Below, one piece after another: positions 48,583-58,259 of a DNA stretch of 64,000 nucleotides. A model generated the notes under the pieces. The model was not told the DNA's origin. It saw only the letters and a list, made by a program, of their open reading frames with translations, and did not search any database. The position numbers and the translations under genes were made by a program. How positions within the stretch are numbered: position 1 is the first letter of the stretch; the number at the start of each line of letters is the position of its first letter. Origin of the DNA: an uncultured bacterium (GTDB lineage Bacteria > Zhuqueibacterota > QNDG01 > DTFT01); assembly GCA_963736115.1 (NCBI GenBank), contig CAVTNR010000009.1, forward strand, positions 128,001 through 192,000, in the 5' to 3' direction.

Positions 48583-50571
48583 TCAAGATTGGGAATGGTT
48601 CGTTCCGGTTGCGCCGAGCGATTCTTCCACGGCCCGGAGCAACGCATTGAGGTCATAGGGTTTCTGGAGAAAGCGGAATCCCCTCTCCAGGATGATCGGC
48701 CACTGTGATTTCTGATCGGTGTACCCGGAACAGAGGAGAATCCGCGTCCCCGGATACAGCCGGAGGATGTCGTCGGCCAGGTCGATGCCGGTCCGGTCGG
48801 AAAGCACGACATCCGTGAACACCAGGTCGAAAGCGCCCTTTTCACGGCGGACCAGATCCCAGGCGGATTGAACGCTGTCGGCCACGGTCACGCGGTAGCC
48901 GCATTTCAACAGCGCCTTGGCCGCGGATTCGCGGACCTTGTCCTCGTCCTCCACCAGCAGGATTCTCTGGCCGCGACCCGGACGGTCCGGGGTCCGGGAG
49001 CGGGATTCGGAGGCCGGTTCCGCGGGCACGGCCGCGGCGGGCAGGTACACGGTGAACACCGATCCCCGGCCGGGCTCGCTCGTGATGTGAACCGCGCCCT
49101 CGTGCTGTTTCACGATTCCGTACACCACCGACAAACCCAGCCCGGTCCCCTGCCCCGCGGGTTTCGTGGTGAAAAAAGGCTCGAAAATATGCTCGATCAC
49201 GTCCGGGGTCATTCCCGTCCCCGTGTCCGCCACCGACAACACCGCGTACGACCCGGCCTTCACGTCGGGCAGGTCGCGGCACTCCCGCTCTCCGAGTACC
49301 GCATTGGCCGTCCGTATCGTGACCGTGCCGCCGCCGGGCATCGCGTCCCGCGCGTTCAGCACGAAGTTCATGATCACCTGCTCCATATTGGACGCGTCCG
49401 CCCGCACCGGAAAGAGGGCGGAATCGAGCTCGGTGCGTATTTCAATGTCCTCGCCGATCAGCCGATGCAGCATGCGGAGCAGGTTCTCGATGATCGGATT
49501 GACCGCCAGCGTCCGGAATTCCATCGGGTGCTTCCGGCTGAACAGGAGCAGCTGTCGGATCAGGCCCGTGGCGCGAAGCGCGGAATTCCGGATTTCCTTG
49601 AGCTCGCCGGAGAGGTCGTTTGAATCGTCGGTTTTCATCATGGCGAGGTCGGCGCTGATCTGAATCGCCGTCATGAGGTTGTTGAAATCATGCGCCACGC
49701 CGCCGACCACCGCGCCGATGGCCTCCATCTTCTGCGACTGAAAAAGCTGCTGCTGAATCTTGTCCTTCTCATCCTCGGCGAGCTTGCGGCCGGTGACGTC
49801 CCGGAGACTGCAGAGGACGATGTCCCGGCCCTCGAAACGGGTGCGGCTGCATTCCAGCTCCGCGACCGGACCGCGGCCGCCGGCGGAGGAAACCGCGCCC
49901 TCGTAGCGCGCGAAACCGTTCTGTTCCAAACGATCGAGGAACAGGGCGTACACCGCGGGAAAGGGGATGAACCCGGCCTCCGCCAGGGTGCGGCCGATCA
50001 CCGAACCGGCGGGCGCGCCGATGAATTCCATGGTGAAGGGGTTGGCTTCCGTGATGCGTCCCGTTCCCGAATCGAGCAGGAGAATGCCCTCCCGCGCGGT
50101 TTCAAAAAGCCATTGGAACCGTTTTTCCGATTCGCGGAGCGCGGTCTCCGCGCGCCGGCGCGCCTCGGACGAGGAACTGCGCCGCAGGGCGCTTCGGACG
50201 GCGCGGGCCAGACGGCCGGGTTCGTCCTTCGGGACGAAATCGTCGGCTCCGGCCCCGATGCAGTCGAGGGCCTCCGGTTCACGGTCCGGCGAAGCCAGGA
50301 TGATGAACGGAATGTCCGGATGGTACTGCCGGAGCAGGCGGACGGCTTCGAGGCATGCGGGCGCGGCCAGGGCGTCGTCGTACAGAATCAGGTCCGTCTG
50401 CGATGAAAGCATCTCGCGCAGATACGCGTCCCGGTCCCCGGCCCGCCGGATGCGGCAGGACAGACCGGCGGCCGCCAGTTCTCTTTCCGCGGATGAGGCC
50501 GTATCCCCGGCCGGGTCCGCAGGCGCGGCCGCGAGTACGAGCACACGGATGGTTTCCGCGGGGCCGGTCAT
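48583..50571 (-). CDS. Hybrid sensor histidine kinase (REC-PAS-HisKA-HATPase-REC)
   Basis: QSQKMEAIG...AHDFNNL, NARDAM, DTGTGM, FFTTK, GTGLGL, C-terminal LLVEDE...TDVV. Confidence 0.93.
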   Translation of the reverse strand: MTGPAETIRVLVLAAAPADPAGDTASSAERELAAAGLSCRIRRAGDRDAYLREMLSSQTDLILYDDALAAPACLEAVRLLRQYHPDIPFIILASPDREPEALDCIGAGADDFVPKDEPGRLARAVRSALRRSSSSEARRRAETALRESEKRFQWLFETAREGILLLDSGTGRITEANPFTMEFIGAPAGSVIGRTLAEAGFIPFPAVYALFLDRLEQNGFARYEGAVSSAGGRGPVAELECSRTRFEGRDIVLCSLRDVTGRKLAEDEKDKIQQQLFQSQKMEAIGAVVGGVAHDFNNLMTAIQISADLAMMKTDDSNDLSGELKEIRNSALRATGLIRQLLLFSRKHPMEFRTLAVNPIIENLLRMLHRLIGEDIEIRTELDSALFPVRADASNMEQVIMNFVLNARDAMPGGGTVTIRTANAVLGERECRDLPDVKAGSYAVLSVADTGTGMTPDVIEHIFEPFFTTKPAGQGTGLGLSVVYGIVKQHEGAVHITSEPGRGSVFTVYLPAAAVPAEPASESRSRTPDRPGRGQRILLVEDEDKVRESAAKALLKCGYRVTVADSVQSAWDLVRREKGAFDLVFTDVVLSDRTGIDLADDILRLYPGTRILLCSGYTDQKSQWPIILERGFRFLQKPYDLNALLRAVEESLGATGTNHSQS

Positions 50572-51500
50572 CGCCCGAACCTCCACCGGGGCAGGAAACG
50601 GAACCACCTGCGTCCGGCCGGAGCGGTCAGGTCCCTCAGCTCCGCGAGCTTGTCCTCTGCCGCTGATTCGCCCCTGCGGATGATGTCGTCCAGCAGTTCG
50701 AAACTGGCCCAGTGGATATTGCCCATTTTCGGCCGTATCACCACGTCCGCGCCGGACAGATTGGCTTCATTGAGGCGGAAATTCGTGATTTCATCGGCCC
50801 GGAACATGACCTCCAGCCCGTTCTTGAATGAAGGCGGCCGCACCAGTTCGCGGGTCACGTCCACGGCCACGACCTTGTCCGCGCCGAGCCGGCGCGCCTC
50901 CTGGACCGGCACCATCTGAACGACTGCGCCGTCCACCAGAAAACGGCCGTCCTGCTCCACAGGCGGGAACGTGCCGGGAATGCCCGCGCTCGCGGACACG
51001 GATTTGCGTATGGAACCCCGACGCAGGGCCACGTCCTCGCCCTTCCACAGATCCGTCGCCACGGCCGCGAAGGGGATGCGCAGATCGCGGATATCCTCCT
51101 CGTCCAGTAGCGAACGCAGGGCGCTGTCGAGAACGCCGCGCTCCAGCAGGCCCAGCTCCGAAAACGCTCTTTTGACCATATAGGTCTGTTTCATGAAGGC
51201 GTACATCCGGTCCAGGAGCCCCGTGTTCGCGTCGTCCTTGTTCTTGACGCCGGCCATGCGCCGCGAAAGGTCCCGGTACCGGTCACTGCTGAAATAATTG
51301 CGCACGCGCTCCTCAACGGCCCGGGCCGAGCGGAGCTGGGCGTACATCGCCCCCATGATGGAACCCATGCTGGTTCCCGCGATGCAGGTCACGGGTATCT
51401 TCTCGCGTTCCAGCACTTTCAGGACGCCGATGTGCGCGAGGCCGCGAGCCCCTCCGCCGCCGAGCGCCAGTCCGATGCGGACCGCTTCTTTTTGTCCCAT
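50568..51500 (-). CDS. Patatin-like phospholipase
   Basis: GGGGARG, GTSMG (nucleophile Ser), VDGA. Confidence 0.92.
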   Translation of the reverse strand: MGQKEAVRIGLALGGGGARGLAHIGVLKVLEREKIPVTCIAGTSMGSIMGAMYAQLRSARAVEERVRNYFSSDRYRDLSRRMAGVKNKDDANTGLLDRMYAFMKQTYMVKRAFSELGLLERGVLDSALRSLLDEEDIRDLRIPFAAVATDLWKGEDVALRRGSIRKSVSASAGIPGTFPPVEQDGRFLVDGAVVQMVPVQEARRLGADKVVAVDVTRELVRPPSFKNGLEVMFRADEITNFRLNEANLSGADVVIRPKMGNIHWASFELLDDIIRRGESAAEDKLAELRDLTAPAGRRWFRFLPRWRFGR

Positions 51501-51553
51501 TCAGGCAACTCCCTCAGACTTCTTTGATGCGGCCCGTGCGGCCGCCCGCCGGC

Positions 51554-52189
51554 TCATCCCAGCAGCCACCCGAGCACGGTCCGTACCGCGGGCCGCAGAA
51601 CGCGTTCATTGAGGCCGAATAACATCATAAGCACGATCAATGCGAGCCCGAACCGTTCCAGCCGGAGAAAGGCCGCGGCGAGACGCGGCGGGAGAAGCCC
51701 GACCAGGAGCCGAGAGCCGTCCAGAGGCGGTATGGGAATCAGGTTGAAAAGCGCCAGCACTGTATTGACAATTACGGCGACCAGAAGAAACCGCGTCAAC
51801 GGATGGTCGAGTCCGGCCCAGGGCAGAATCAGGCGGAACACCGCCGCGGACAGCCCGGCAACCGCGAGATTGGAAAGCGGACCCGCGGCGCCGACGATCG
51901 CGAGGTCACGCTTGGGTTTGCGGAAACGCCAAGGATTGATCGGCACGGGTTTGGCCCATCCGAACAGGACGGGCGAATGCGTGACCGCGAGAAGCGCGGG
52001 CAGTATCACGGTGCCCATCGGGTCGATGTGCGGGATCGGATTGAAGGTCAGCCGGCCCGCTTCCCGGGCCGTGCCGTCTCCGCACCGGGCGGCCGCGGCG
52101 CCGTGCGCCACCTCGTGCAGGATCACCGAAAACAGGAGAACCCCGATCTGCGTCAGAATGTCGGCCAGTTTCAGAATCAAGTGCGTCAC
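51554..52189 (-). CDS. Site-2 protease (peptidase M50)
   Basis: HEVAH, FGWAKPVP, AGPLSN, FNLIPIPPLDG; GTG start overlaps lpdA stop. Confidence 0.92.
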   Translation of the reverse strand: MTHLILKLADILTQIGVLLFSVILHEVAHGAAAARCGDGTAREAGRLTFNPIPHIDPMGTVILPALLAVTHSPVLFGWAKPVPINPWRFRKPKRDLAIVGAAGPLSNLAVAGLSAAVFRLILPWAGLDHPLTRFLLVAVIVNTVLALFNLIPIPPLDGSRLLVGLLPPRLAAAFLRLERFGLALIVLMMLFGLNERVLRPAVRTVLGWLLG

Positions 52190-53592
52190 CGTCTCAGTTT
52201 GTGCAGGCATTCGCCCCGGACATCGTGGGCGGCCTCGCACACCGCCTCGGCCAGAGTCGGATGCGAATGCAGGGTCCCGGCCACGTCACCCGCGGTGAGC
52301 CCGAGCCGCACCGCGAGGGCGATTTCCGCGATCAGCTCGGAAGCGTGCGGGCCGACGACCTGGCCGCCGAGAATACGCTCCGTGGCCGCGTCCGCGACGA
52401 GCGCGACAAACCCCTCGGTTTCTCCCGCGGCCGCGGCCTTGCCAAGGGCCGCCATGAGGAAGCGGCCGGTCTTCGTCTCGATTCCCCTGTCCTCGGCCTC
52501 TTTTCCGGTCAGGCCCACGGATGCGACCTCGGGATCGCTGAAGATCGTGACCGGCACGGTTCCGTCGTTCGGCGGAAGCGGCCGGCCCATCGCGTGTTCC
52601 GCGGCGCGTATGCCCTCGCGGGCCGCGGTGTAGGCGAGCAGCCATTTTCCAGCCACATCGCCCGCCGCGTACAGGCCCGCGGCCGAGGTCCGGCCGTATT
52701 CGTCGGCGCGGATGAATCCGCGTTCGAGCGTCACGCCCGCGGCTTCAAGCCCGAGGCCCGCGGAATTCGGGGTTCGGCCGGCGCAGACCAGGACTTTTTC
52801 CGTCTCCTCGGCACGGCCGTCCGCCAGTTCGGTGACGCAACGTCCGTTCCGCACGAAGACGGAACGCACCGCGACGCCGGTGTGGATGCGGACGCCCCTC
52901 CGGCCCATGGCGGCCGCCAAAGTCTGGCCGGCGCGGCTGTCCATGCCCGGCAGAATCCGGTCCGCCATTTCCACGATCACGACCCGGGTGCCCAGGGACG
53001 CGAACACGCGGCCGAATTCCACGCCCACGGCGCCCGCGCCCACGACCAGCAGGCTTTCCGGAACCGCTTCGAGTTCCAGCGCTTCGTCGCTGGTGATCAC
53101 GTGAACGCCGTCGAACGGAAAAATCGCGGGTCTGGCCGGTTCGGAACCGGTCGCCACGATCACGGCTTTGGATGCGGCCAGCCGGGCTTCTCCGCCTTCG
53201 GCATCGCGGACCAGGACGGTGAGCGGTCCGTCCAGTCCGGCGCGTCCCCGCATGAGCCGGACCCCGCTTCCGGAAAGCAGTTTTTCCACACCGCCGACAA
53301 GCTGTCCGACGATCCGTTTCTTCCGCGCCTGCATGGCCGGCCAGTCGGGGACCGGCGTTCCGGCCGAGAATCCGAAGGACGAGGCCCGCTTCGCTTTTTC
53401 GAACGCCTCCAGGGATCCGATCAGCGCCTTGGTGGGAATGCACCCGCGGTTGAGGCAGGTGCCGCCGATTTCGCGGTTCTCGACCACGGCTACGGACGCG
53501 CCGAGCCGGGCCGCGGCCAGGGCCGCCGAATACCCGGCCGTGCCCGATCCGAGCACGAGGATGTCGAATGTTTCGACCGGCGTTCCCATCAT
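52186..53592 (-). CDS. lpdA: Dihydrolipoyl dehydrogenase
   Basis: GSGTAG, GGTCLNRGCIPTK, GAGAVG, HSHPTLAE. Confidence 0.95.
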   Translation of the reverse strand: MMGTPVETFDILVLGSGTAGYSAALAAARLGASVAVVENREIGGTCLNRGCIPTKALIGSLEAFEKAKRASSFGFSAGTPVPDWPAMQARKKRIVGQLVGGVEKLLSGSGVRLMRGRAGLDGPLTVLVRDAEGGEARLAASKAVIVATGSEPARPAIFPFDGVHVITSDEALELEAVPESLLVVGAGAVGVEFGRVFASLGTRVVIVEMADRILPGMDSRAGQTLAAAMGRRGVRIHTGVAVRSVFVRNGRCVTELADGRAEETEKVLVCAGRTPNSAGLGLEAAGVTLERGFIRADEYGRTSAAGLYAAGDVAGKWLLAYTAAREGIRAAEHAMGRPLPPNDGTVPVTIFSDPEVASVGLTGKEAEDRGIETKTGRFLMAALGKAAAAGETEGFVALVADAATERILGGQVVGPHASELIAEIALAVRLGLTAGDVAGTLHSHPTLAEAVCEAAHDVRGECLHKLRR

Positions 53593-54599
53593 CTTCCTTC
53601 CGTCGTATCGGAACCGGACTCGAACCGATGATCCTCCCCCGCGTTCCGTCGGTTCCGGATCAGCCACTTGGCCACGGTGCTCTTTTTCGTGCCGACCACC
53701 ACGTCCCTCAGCCCTTCGTACAACTCCGGGTCATTGATCAGGAGCCCGAGCGTGCCTGCTCCGGTATCCAGCTTGGCGGACACCCTCGCGAGCGAACGGG
53801 CGGCCGACTGCAGATCGTTCAGCGTGCCGTCCATGTATTCGGGATCGTTGATCAGCCGGCCGAGCGCGCCCCGCTCGCCCTTCAGGTTGGCGGCCGTGAT
53901 TTTCAGGTCCGCGGCCGCGGACTCGACGTCGGCCAGGGTTTTCCGCAGATCCGCCGTGCTGTCGGACATCAGAACGCCCAGCGCGCCCTGGCCGCGTTCC
54001 ATCCGGTCCAGAATCACGACGAGCCGTTCGGACGCGACGGAGAGGTTGTGGAGCGTCCGCTTCAGCTCCAGCGGTTCGTTGAGCGCGGTCCCAATGGCGC
54101 CGTCGCCATGGTCAATCTTCGAGATGACCCGCAAAAGTCCATCGATGACCGAGGACGTGCTGTCGACGATGGCGCTCATGCTGGACGACTCGTCCGCCTC
54201 GATGAATCCGCCCGCCGGAACAGCCGGCTGGTCGGGGCTTCCCATGGAGAGCAGAACAACCTTGCCATAGACAATGCTCGCGGAGCCGATCCTCGCGCGG
54301 GTGTCCCGCCGGATGCGCTTCGATGCGTCCTTCTGGATCGTGATCTCGACCACGATGCGTTTTTCATCCAGCGCCTCGGGGAATCCGATGCGGCTGACAT
54401 TCCCCACCTCCACGCCGGTCAGCAGGACCGGGTCGCCCTTGTAGAGCCCGGCCGTGGTGGCGAACTGGATGCGGTAAGAGATCCGGTCGGCGAACCAGTT
54501 CTGCGTGCCGCCGATCGTGAACACCACGAACAGGAGGATCACGATCACCGCGAGAATGAAGGCGCCGACGCGCATTTCCCGTTTCGTGCGAGCGGACAT
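53589..54599 (-). CDS. mlaD: MlaD/MCE family protein with long helical C-terminus
   Basis: N-terminal TM, GLYKGDPVLLTGVEVGNV, repeated GxGxLGxLxND segments. Confidence 0.88.
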   Translation of the reverse strand: MSARTKREMRVGAFILAVIVILLFVVFTIGGTQNWFADRISYRIQFATTAGLYKGDPVLLTGVEVGNVSRIGFPEALDEKRIVVEITIQKDASKRIRRDTRARIGSASIVYGKVVLLSMGSPDQPAVPAGGFIEADESSSMSAIVDSTSSVIDGLLRVISKIDHGDGAIGTALNEPLELKRTLHNLSVASERLVVILDRMERGQGALGVLMSDSTADLRKTLADVESAAADLKITAANLKGERGALGRLINDPEYMDGTLNDLQSAARSLARVSAKLDTGAGTLGLLINDPELYEGLRDVVVGTKKSTVAKWLIRNRRNAGEDHRFESGSDTTEGR

Positions 54600-54647
54600 A
54601 GTTGCGCTTTCCTTCCGCCGGCCGCGGGGCCGGGGCTTATCGGGTGT

Positions 54648-54796
54648 CCAGAAGCCTGGTCATTCTGGTTCCGATTCTTCTGGATGATCGGAGATTGGGC
54701 TTCTGGCCACTCCGACGAGTCGAATTTCCCGCCGCTTACGGCGTCGATCATCCAAGTTTCTGGTGATCCCGCGCAGCGGGCGGCGGGGTCCTTCAT
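54648..54796 (-). mobile_element. ~150-bp dispersed palindromic element, copy 1 (non-autonomous, IS200/IS605-end-like)
   Basis: Colinear with 56369-56516; begins ATGAAGGACCCCGCC on the - strand and ends GGCTTCTGG. Confidence 0.65.
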
Positions 54797-55518
54797 CCCT
54801 TCAGAAAATCCTGAATGATGCGGTCATCGCTCGCCTGGATCTCGGCGGGCGTGCCCAGGAACTTGATGCGGCCGCGGTACAGAAAGGCGATGCGGTCCGC
54901 GATCGACAGGGCGCTCTGGATGTTGTGCGTGACCACCACGGATGTGACGTCGAGCTTTTCGTGCACGCCGCGCATCAGCTTGGTCACCCATTTGGTGGTG
55001 ATGGGGTCCAGCCCCGTGGTCGGCTCGTCGTAGAGCAGGGCCTTCGGCTCCAGAATGACGGCCCGGGCCAAGGCCACCCGCTTGCGCATGCCGCCGCTGA
55101 GCTTGTCGGGCATCATTTTCTCGACGCTCTCCAGCCCGACCATTTTCAGCTTTTCCCGCACGCGATCGCGGATCTCCCGGTCTGAAAGACGCGTATGCTC
55201 CCGCAGGGGAAAGGCGACATTCTCCATGACCGTCAGGGAGTCGAACAGGGCGCCGTTCTGGAACAGAAACCCGATGCGGCGGCGCCACTCGAGCCAGTCC
55301 GCTTCGCCGAAATCATCGCCGGGGCGCTCCTCGAGGTATACGCGTCCCCGGTCCGGGCTGAGCAGACCCACGATGTGCTTCAGAATGACCGTCTTGCCCG
55401 ATCCCGATCCCCCGAGTATGACCAGCATCTCCTTCTTGCGGATGAGCACGGTCAGCCCGCGGAGGACTTCCTTGCCTTCGAAGGACTTATGCGCCTCGTC
55501 AAAAAATACGAAAGGCAT
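54793..55518 (-). CDS. mlaF: MlaF-type ABC transporter ATPase
   Basis: GGSGSGKT, FQNGALFDSLTV, LSGGMRKRV, YDEPTTGLDP. Confidence 0.92.
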   Translation of the reverse strand: MPFVFFDEAHKSFEGKEVLRGLTVLIRKKEMLVILGGSGSGKTVILKHIVGLLSPDRGRVYLEERPGDDFGEADWLEWRRRIGFLFQNGALFDSLTVMENVAFPLREHTRLSDREIRDRVREKLKMVGLESVEKMMPDKLSGGMRKRVALARAVILEPKALLYDEPTTGLDPITTKWVTKLMRGVHEKLDVTSVVVTHNIQSALSIADRIAFLYRGRIKFLGTPAEIQASDDRIIQDFLKG

Positions 55519-55524
55519 GTCGCC

Positions 55525-56283
55525 TCACAAAATCACCAGCAGCTTGGTCAGCGCGTAGTCGGACACGATCACGCAGATCGAGCTGGCCACCACGGCCTTG
55601 GTCACGGATCGACCCACCCCCTCCGCTCCCCCGGTGACGCCCAGCCCGTAATAACAGCCGATCAGGGAGATGAAAAATCCGAAGAAACCGGCCTTGAACA
55701 TGCCGTGGAGAAAATCGCCCAGGCCCACCGCGCGGTCCACCTGAGAGAGATAGGTGTCGAACGTCATGTGGATGTCCACAAGGCTCACCACGAGCCCCCC
55801 GAGTATGCCGACGACATCGGCCACAACCGTAAGCAGCGGGAAGACGATGACCGCGGCGGCCACCCGAGGGAACACGAGTTTCTTGGCCGGGCTCGCGCCC
55901 ATGAGCCGGATCGCGTCGATCTGTTCCGTGACGGCCATGGAGCCGATCACCGAAGTGATGCCGGCTGCGACCCGGCCGCCCACCAGAAGCGCGGTGAGCA
56001 GGGGGCCGAATTCGCGCGTGATGGCCAGCGCCACGCCGATGCCGATCATTGCCCGGCCCGCGAAATTCGCCTCGGAATAGGCCACCTGCACGGCCAGCAC
56101 CATGCCCACAAAAAACGAGAACAGGACCACCATGAGAAGCGACTGCACGCCGATCTCGTCCATCTGGGCGACGACGGCGCCGAACTCGGACGGACGGCGG
56201 AATCCGTATTTCATGGAATCACGCCAGAGCAGGGCGATGCCGCCCAGGCTTTCAGAGGCGTTTCGGATCATCCGTTTCAGCAT
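55525..56283 (-). CDS. mlaE: MlaE-type ABC transporter permease
   Basis: REFGPLLTALL, IGSMAVTEQIDA, GGAEGVGRSVTKAVV. Confidence 0.92.
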   Translation of the reverse strand: MLKRMIRNASESLGGIALLWRDSMKYGFRRPSEFGAVVAQMDEIGVQSLLMVVLFSFFVGMVLAVQVAYSEANFAGRAMIGIGVALAITREFGPLLTALLVGGRVAAGITSVIGSMAVTEQIDAIRLMGASPAKKLVFPRVAAAVIVFPLLTVVADVVGILGGLVVSLVDIHMTFDTYLSQVDRAVGLGDFLHGMFKAGFFGFFISLIGCYYGLGVTGGAEGVGRSVTKAVVASSICVIVSDYALTKLLVIL

Positions 56284-56368
56284 GAACATCCGTCCGCGGG
56301 CCCGCGGTCCTCCCACGGCCCGGCCTGCGGCCTGTCCGGGAAACGGTCGGGGCCGGTCATTCGGGCGG

Positions 56369-56516
56369 CCAGAAGCCTGGTTTCCTGGCACACTTGATCG
56401 AGGATGGTGGGAGATTGGGCTTCTGGCCGCTCCGACAAGTTGAATTTTCCGCCGCTTTCGCCGTACTTCATCCCAGTTTCCTGTAATACCCCACCACTTT
56501 TGGCGGGGTCATTCAT
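56369..56516 (-). mobile_element. ~150-bp dispersed palindromic element, copy 2
   Basis: ATGAATGACCCCGCCAAAAGTGGTGGGGTAT...AAGCGGCGGAAAATTCAACTTGTCGGAG...CCAGAAGCCCAATCTCC...CCAGGCTTCTGG. Confidence 0.65.
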
Positions 56517-58162
56517 TTGAACGTGACGAGGCTCGGATCGAATTCCGCGGGCGCCTCGAACCCGAGAAAGTTCAGGCATGTGGCCGCGATATGGCTCAAT
56601 CCGGGACCGGCCGCGTCCGACAGCCGGAAGGCGCCCGCGAGCGAGGGCGCGTACATGATGAACGGAACCGGATTGAGTGTGTGGGCCGTCTTGGGCACCG
56701 GTTTCCCGTTCGCGTCGGTCTTGGGTTTGCCCTTCTTGTCCATTTCGAACATCTCGTCGGAATTGCCGTGGTCCGCGGTGATCAGGGCCGCGCCCTCCAG
56801 GGACGCAATGACCGGAAGCAGTCGCGACAGTGCCAGGTCCACGGCCTCCACGCCCATGACCGCGGAGCGGAACACGCCGGTGTGGCCGACCATGTCTCCA
56901 TTCGCGTAATTCACACGGCCGAACCGGTGCCGGCCGGATTTCAGCTCTTCGATGAGCCGGTCCGTGATCTCCGCACTCTTCATCCAGGGCCGCTGTTCAA
57001 AGGGAACTCGGTCGGACGGGATTTCGATGTAGGTCTCCGATTTTGCGTCGAACTTGCCGCTCCAGTTGCCGTTCCAGAAATACGTGACATGCCCGAATTT
57101 CTGGGTCTCGCTGATCGCGAGCTGGGTCACGCCGGCCCGGGCCAGCATCTGTCCGAGCGTATTCTCGAAAACCGGCGGCGAGACGAGGAATTGACCCGGA
57201 ATTTTCAAGTCGCCGTCATACTGCATCATGCCGGCGTATCGGACGCGGGGCCGCGTTCCCCGGTCGAACTTGTCGAAGGCCTCATCCTCGAAGGCGCGGC
57301 TGATCTCGATGGCGCGGTCGCCCCGGAAATTGAAGAAGACCACCGAGTCGCCGTCGCGGATCGGGCCCAGGGGCGCGCCGTTCCGCTCGATGACAAAGGC
57401 GGGCAGGAACTGGTCGGTCACGGCCGGATCGCGCTCCCGGATGGCCCGGATGGCCTGCTCGGCCGAGGCGAATCGTTCGCCCTTCCCCTGCACATGGGTT
57501 TCCCAGCCGAGCTTGACAATGTCCCAGTCGGCCTCGTACCGGTCCATGGTCACCTTCATGCGGCCGCCGCCGCTGGCAATGGCGTAATCCGCGCCGGCCG
57601 CGTTCAGCTCCTTCAGAAAAGCCTCGAACGGCACGATGTATTCGAGCGCGGACTTCTCGCCCACGTCCCGGCCGTCGAGCAGGATGTGGATGCGGACGGT
57701 AGCCACGCCTTCCGCCTTCGCCTGCTTGAGCATGGCCTGGAGATGCCGGATGTGGCTGTGCACATTGCCGTCGGAGAACAGGCCGATGAAATGAAGGGCG
57801 CTGTTCGACTGCTTCGCGCCGGCGGTGAGCTGTTTCCAGGTCTCGGTCTGCCACAGCCGGCCCGAATCGATCGCGTCATTGACGAGCCGCGCGCCCTGGG
57901 CGAAAACCCGGCCCGCGCCGATGGCGTTGTGCCCCACCTCGGAATTGCCCATGTCCTCGTCCGAGGGCAGGCCCACGGCCGTGCCGTGCGCCTTCAGCGT
58001 CGTGTGAACGCATTCCTTCATCAGACGGTCCAGGGTCGGAGTGGCCGCGGCGGCCACCGCATTTCCCTCGTTCTCGGGCCCGATGCCCACGCCGTCCATC
58101 ACCACGACCAGAACCGGCCCTTTACAGCCGGAAAATCCGGACAAACGCTTGAGTGTGCTCAT
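56513..58162 (-). CDS. gpmI: 2,3-bisphosphoglycerate-independent phosphoglycerate mutase
   Basis: MDGVG, MGNSEVGH, DGRDV, NFRGDR, ETQKFGHVT, DMVGHTG, TADHGN. Confidence 0.97.
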   Translation of the reverse strand: MSTLKRLSGFSGCKGPVLVVVMDGVGIGPENEGNAVAAAATPTLDRLMKECVHTTLKAHGTAVGLPSDEDMGNSEVGHNAIGAGRVFAQGARLVNDAIDSGRLWQTETWKQLTAGAKQSNSALHFIGLFSDGNVHSHIRHLQAMLKQAKAEGVATVRIHILLDGRDVGEKSALEYIVPFEAFLKELNAAGADYAIASGGGRMKVTMDRYEADWDIVKLGWETHVQGKGERFASAEQAIRAIRERDPAVTDQFLPAFVIERNGAPLGPIRDGDSVVFFNFRGDRAIEISRAFEDEAFDKFDRGTRPRVRYAGMMQYDGDLKIPGQFLVSPPVFENTLGQMLARAGVTQLAISETQKFGHVTYFWNGNWSGKFDAKSETYIEIPSDRVPFEQRPWMKSAEITDRLIEELKSGRHRFGRVNYANGDMVGHTGVFRSAVMGVEAVDLALSRLLPVIASLEGAALITADHGNSDEMFEMDKKGKPKTDANGKPVPKTAHTLNPVPFIMYAPSLAGAFRLSDAAGPGLSHIAATCLNFLGFEAPAEFDPSLVTFK

Positions 58163-58259
58163 GTTTTCGGTTATTCCTTTTTCGGTTTGCGTGCGCCTCG
58201 CGGCCGGCGGCCTGGAGGCGGACTTCGCGAAGGCCCCGGGCCTTCGGGAGGTCCGGTGT

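Noticed and set aside
47514-48845. N-terminally extended GalM, and similar long starts for 14838..16427, 52186..53667 and 59650..60453
   Set aside because: The extensions overlap upstream genes or repeats; better starts with an RBS or stop/start overlap lie downstream.
54545-54796. Pair of similar short ORFs (54545..54796 and 56277..56579) as a small-protein family
   Set aside because: The similarity is just translation of the 150-bp repeat; no RBS, the ends diverge, and both run into neighbouring genes. Not fully excluded without ribosome profiling.
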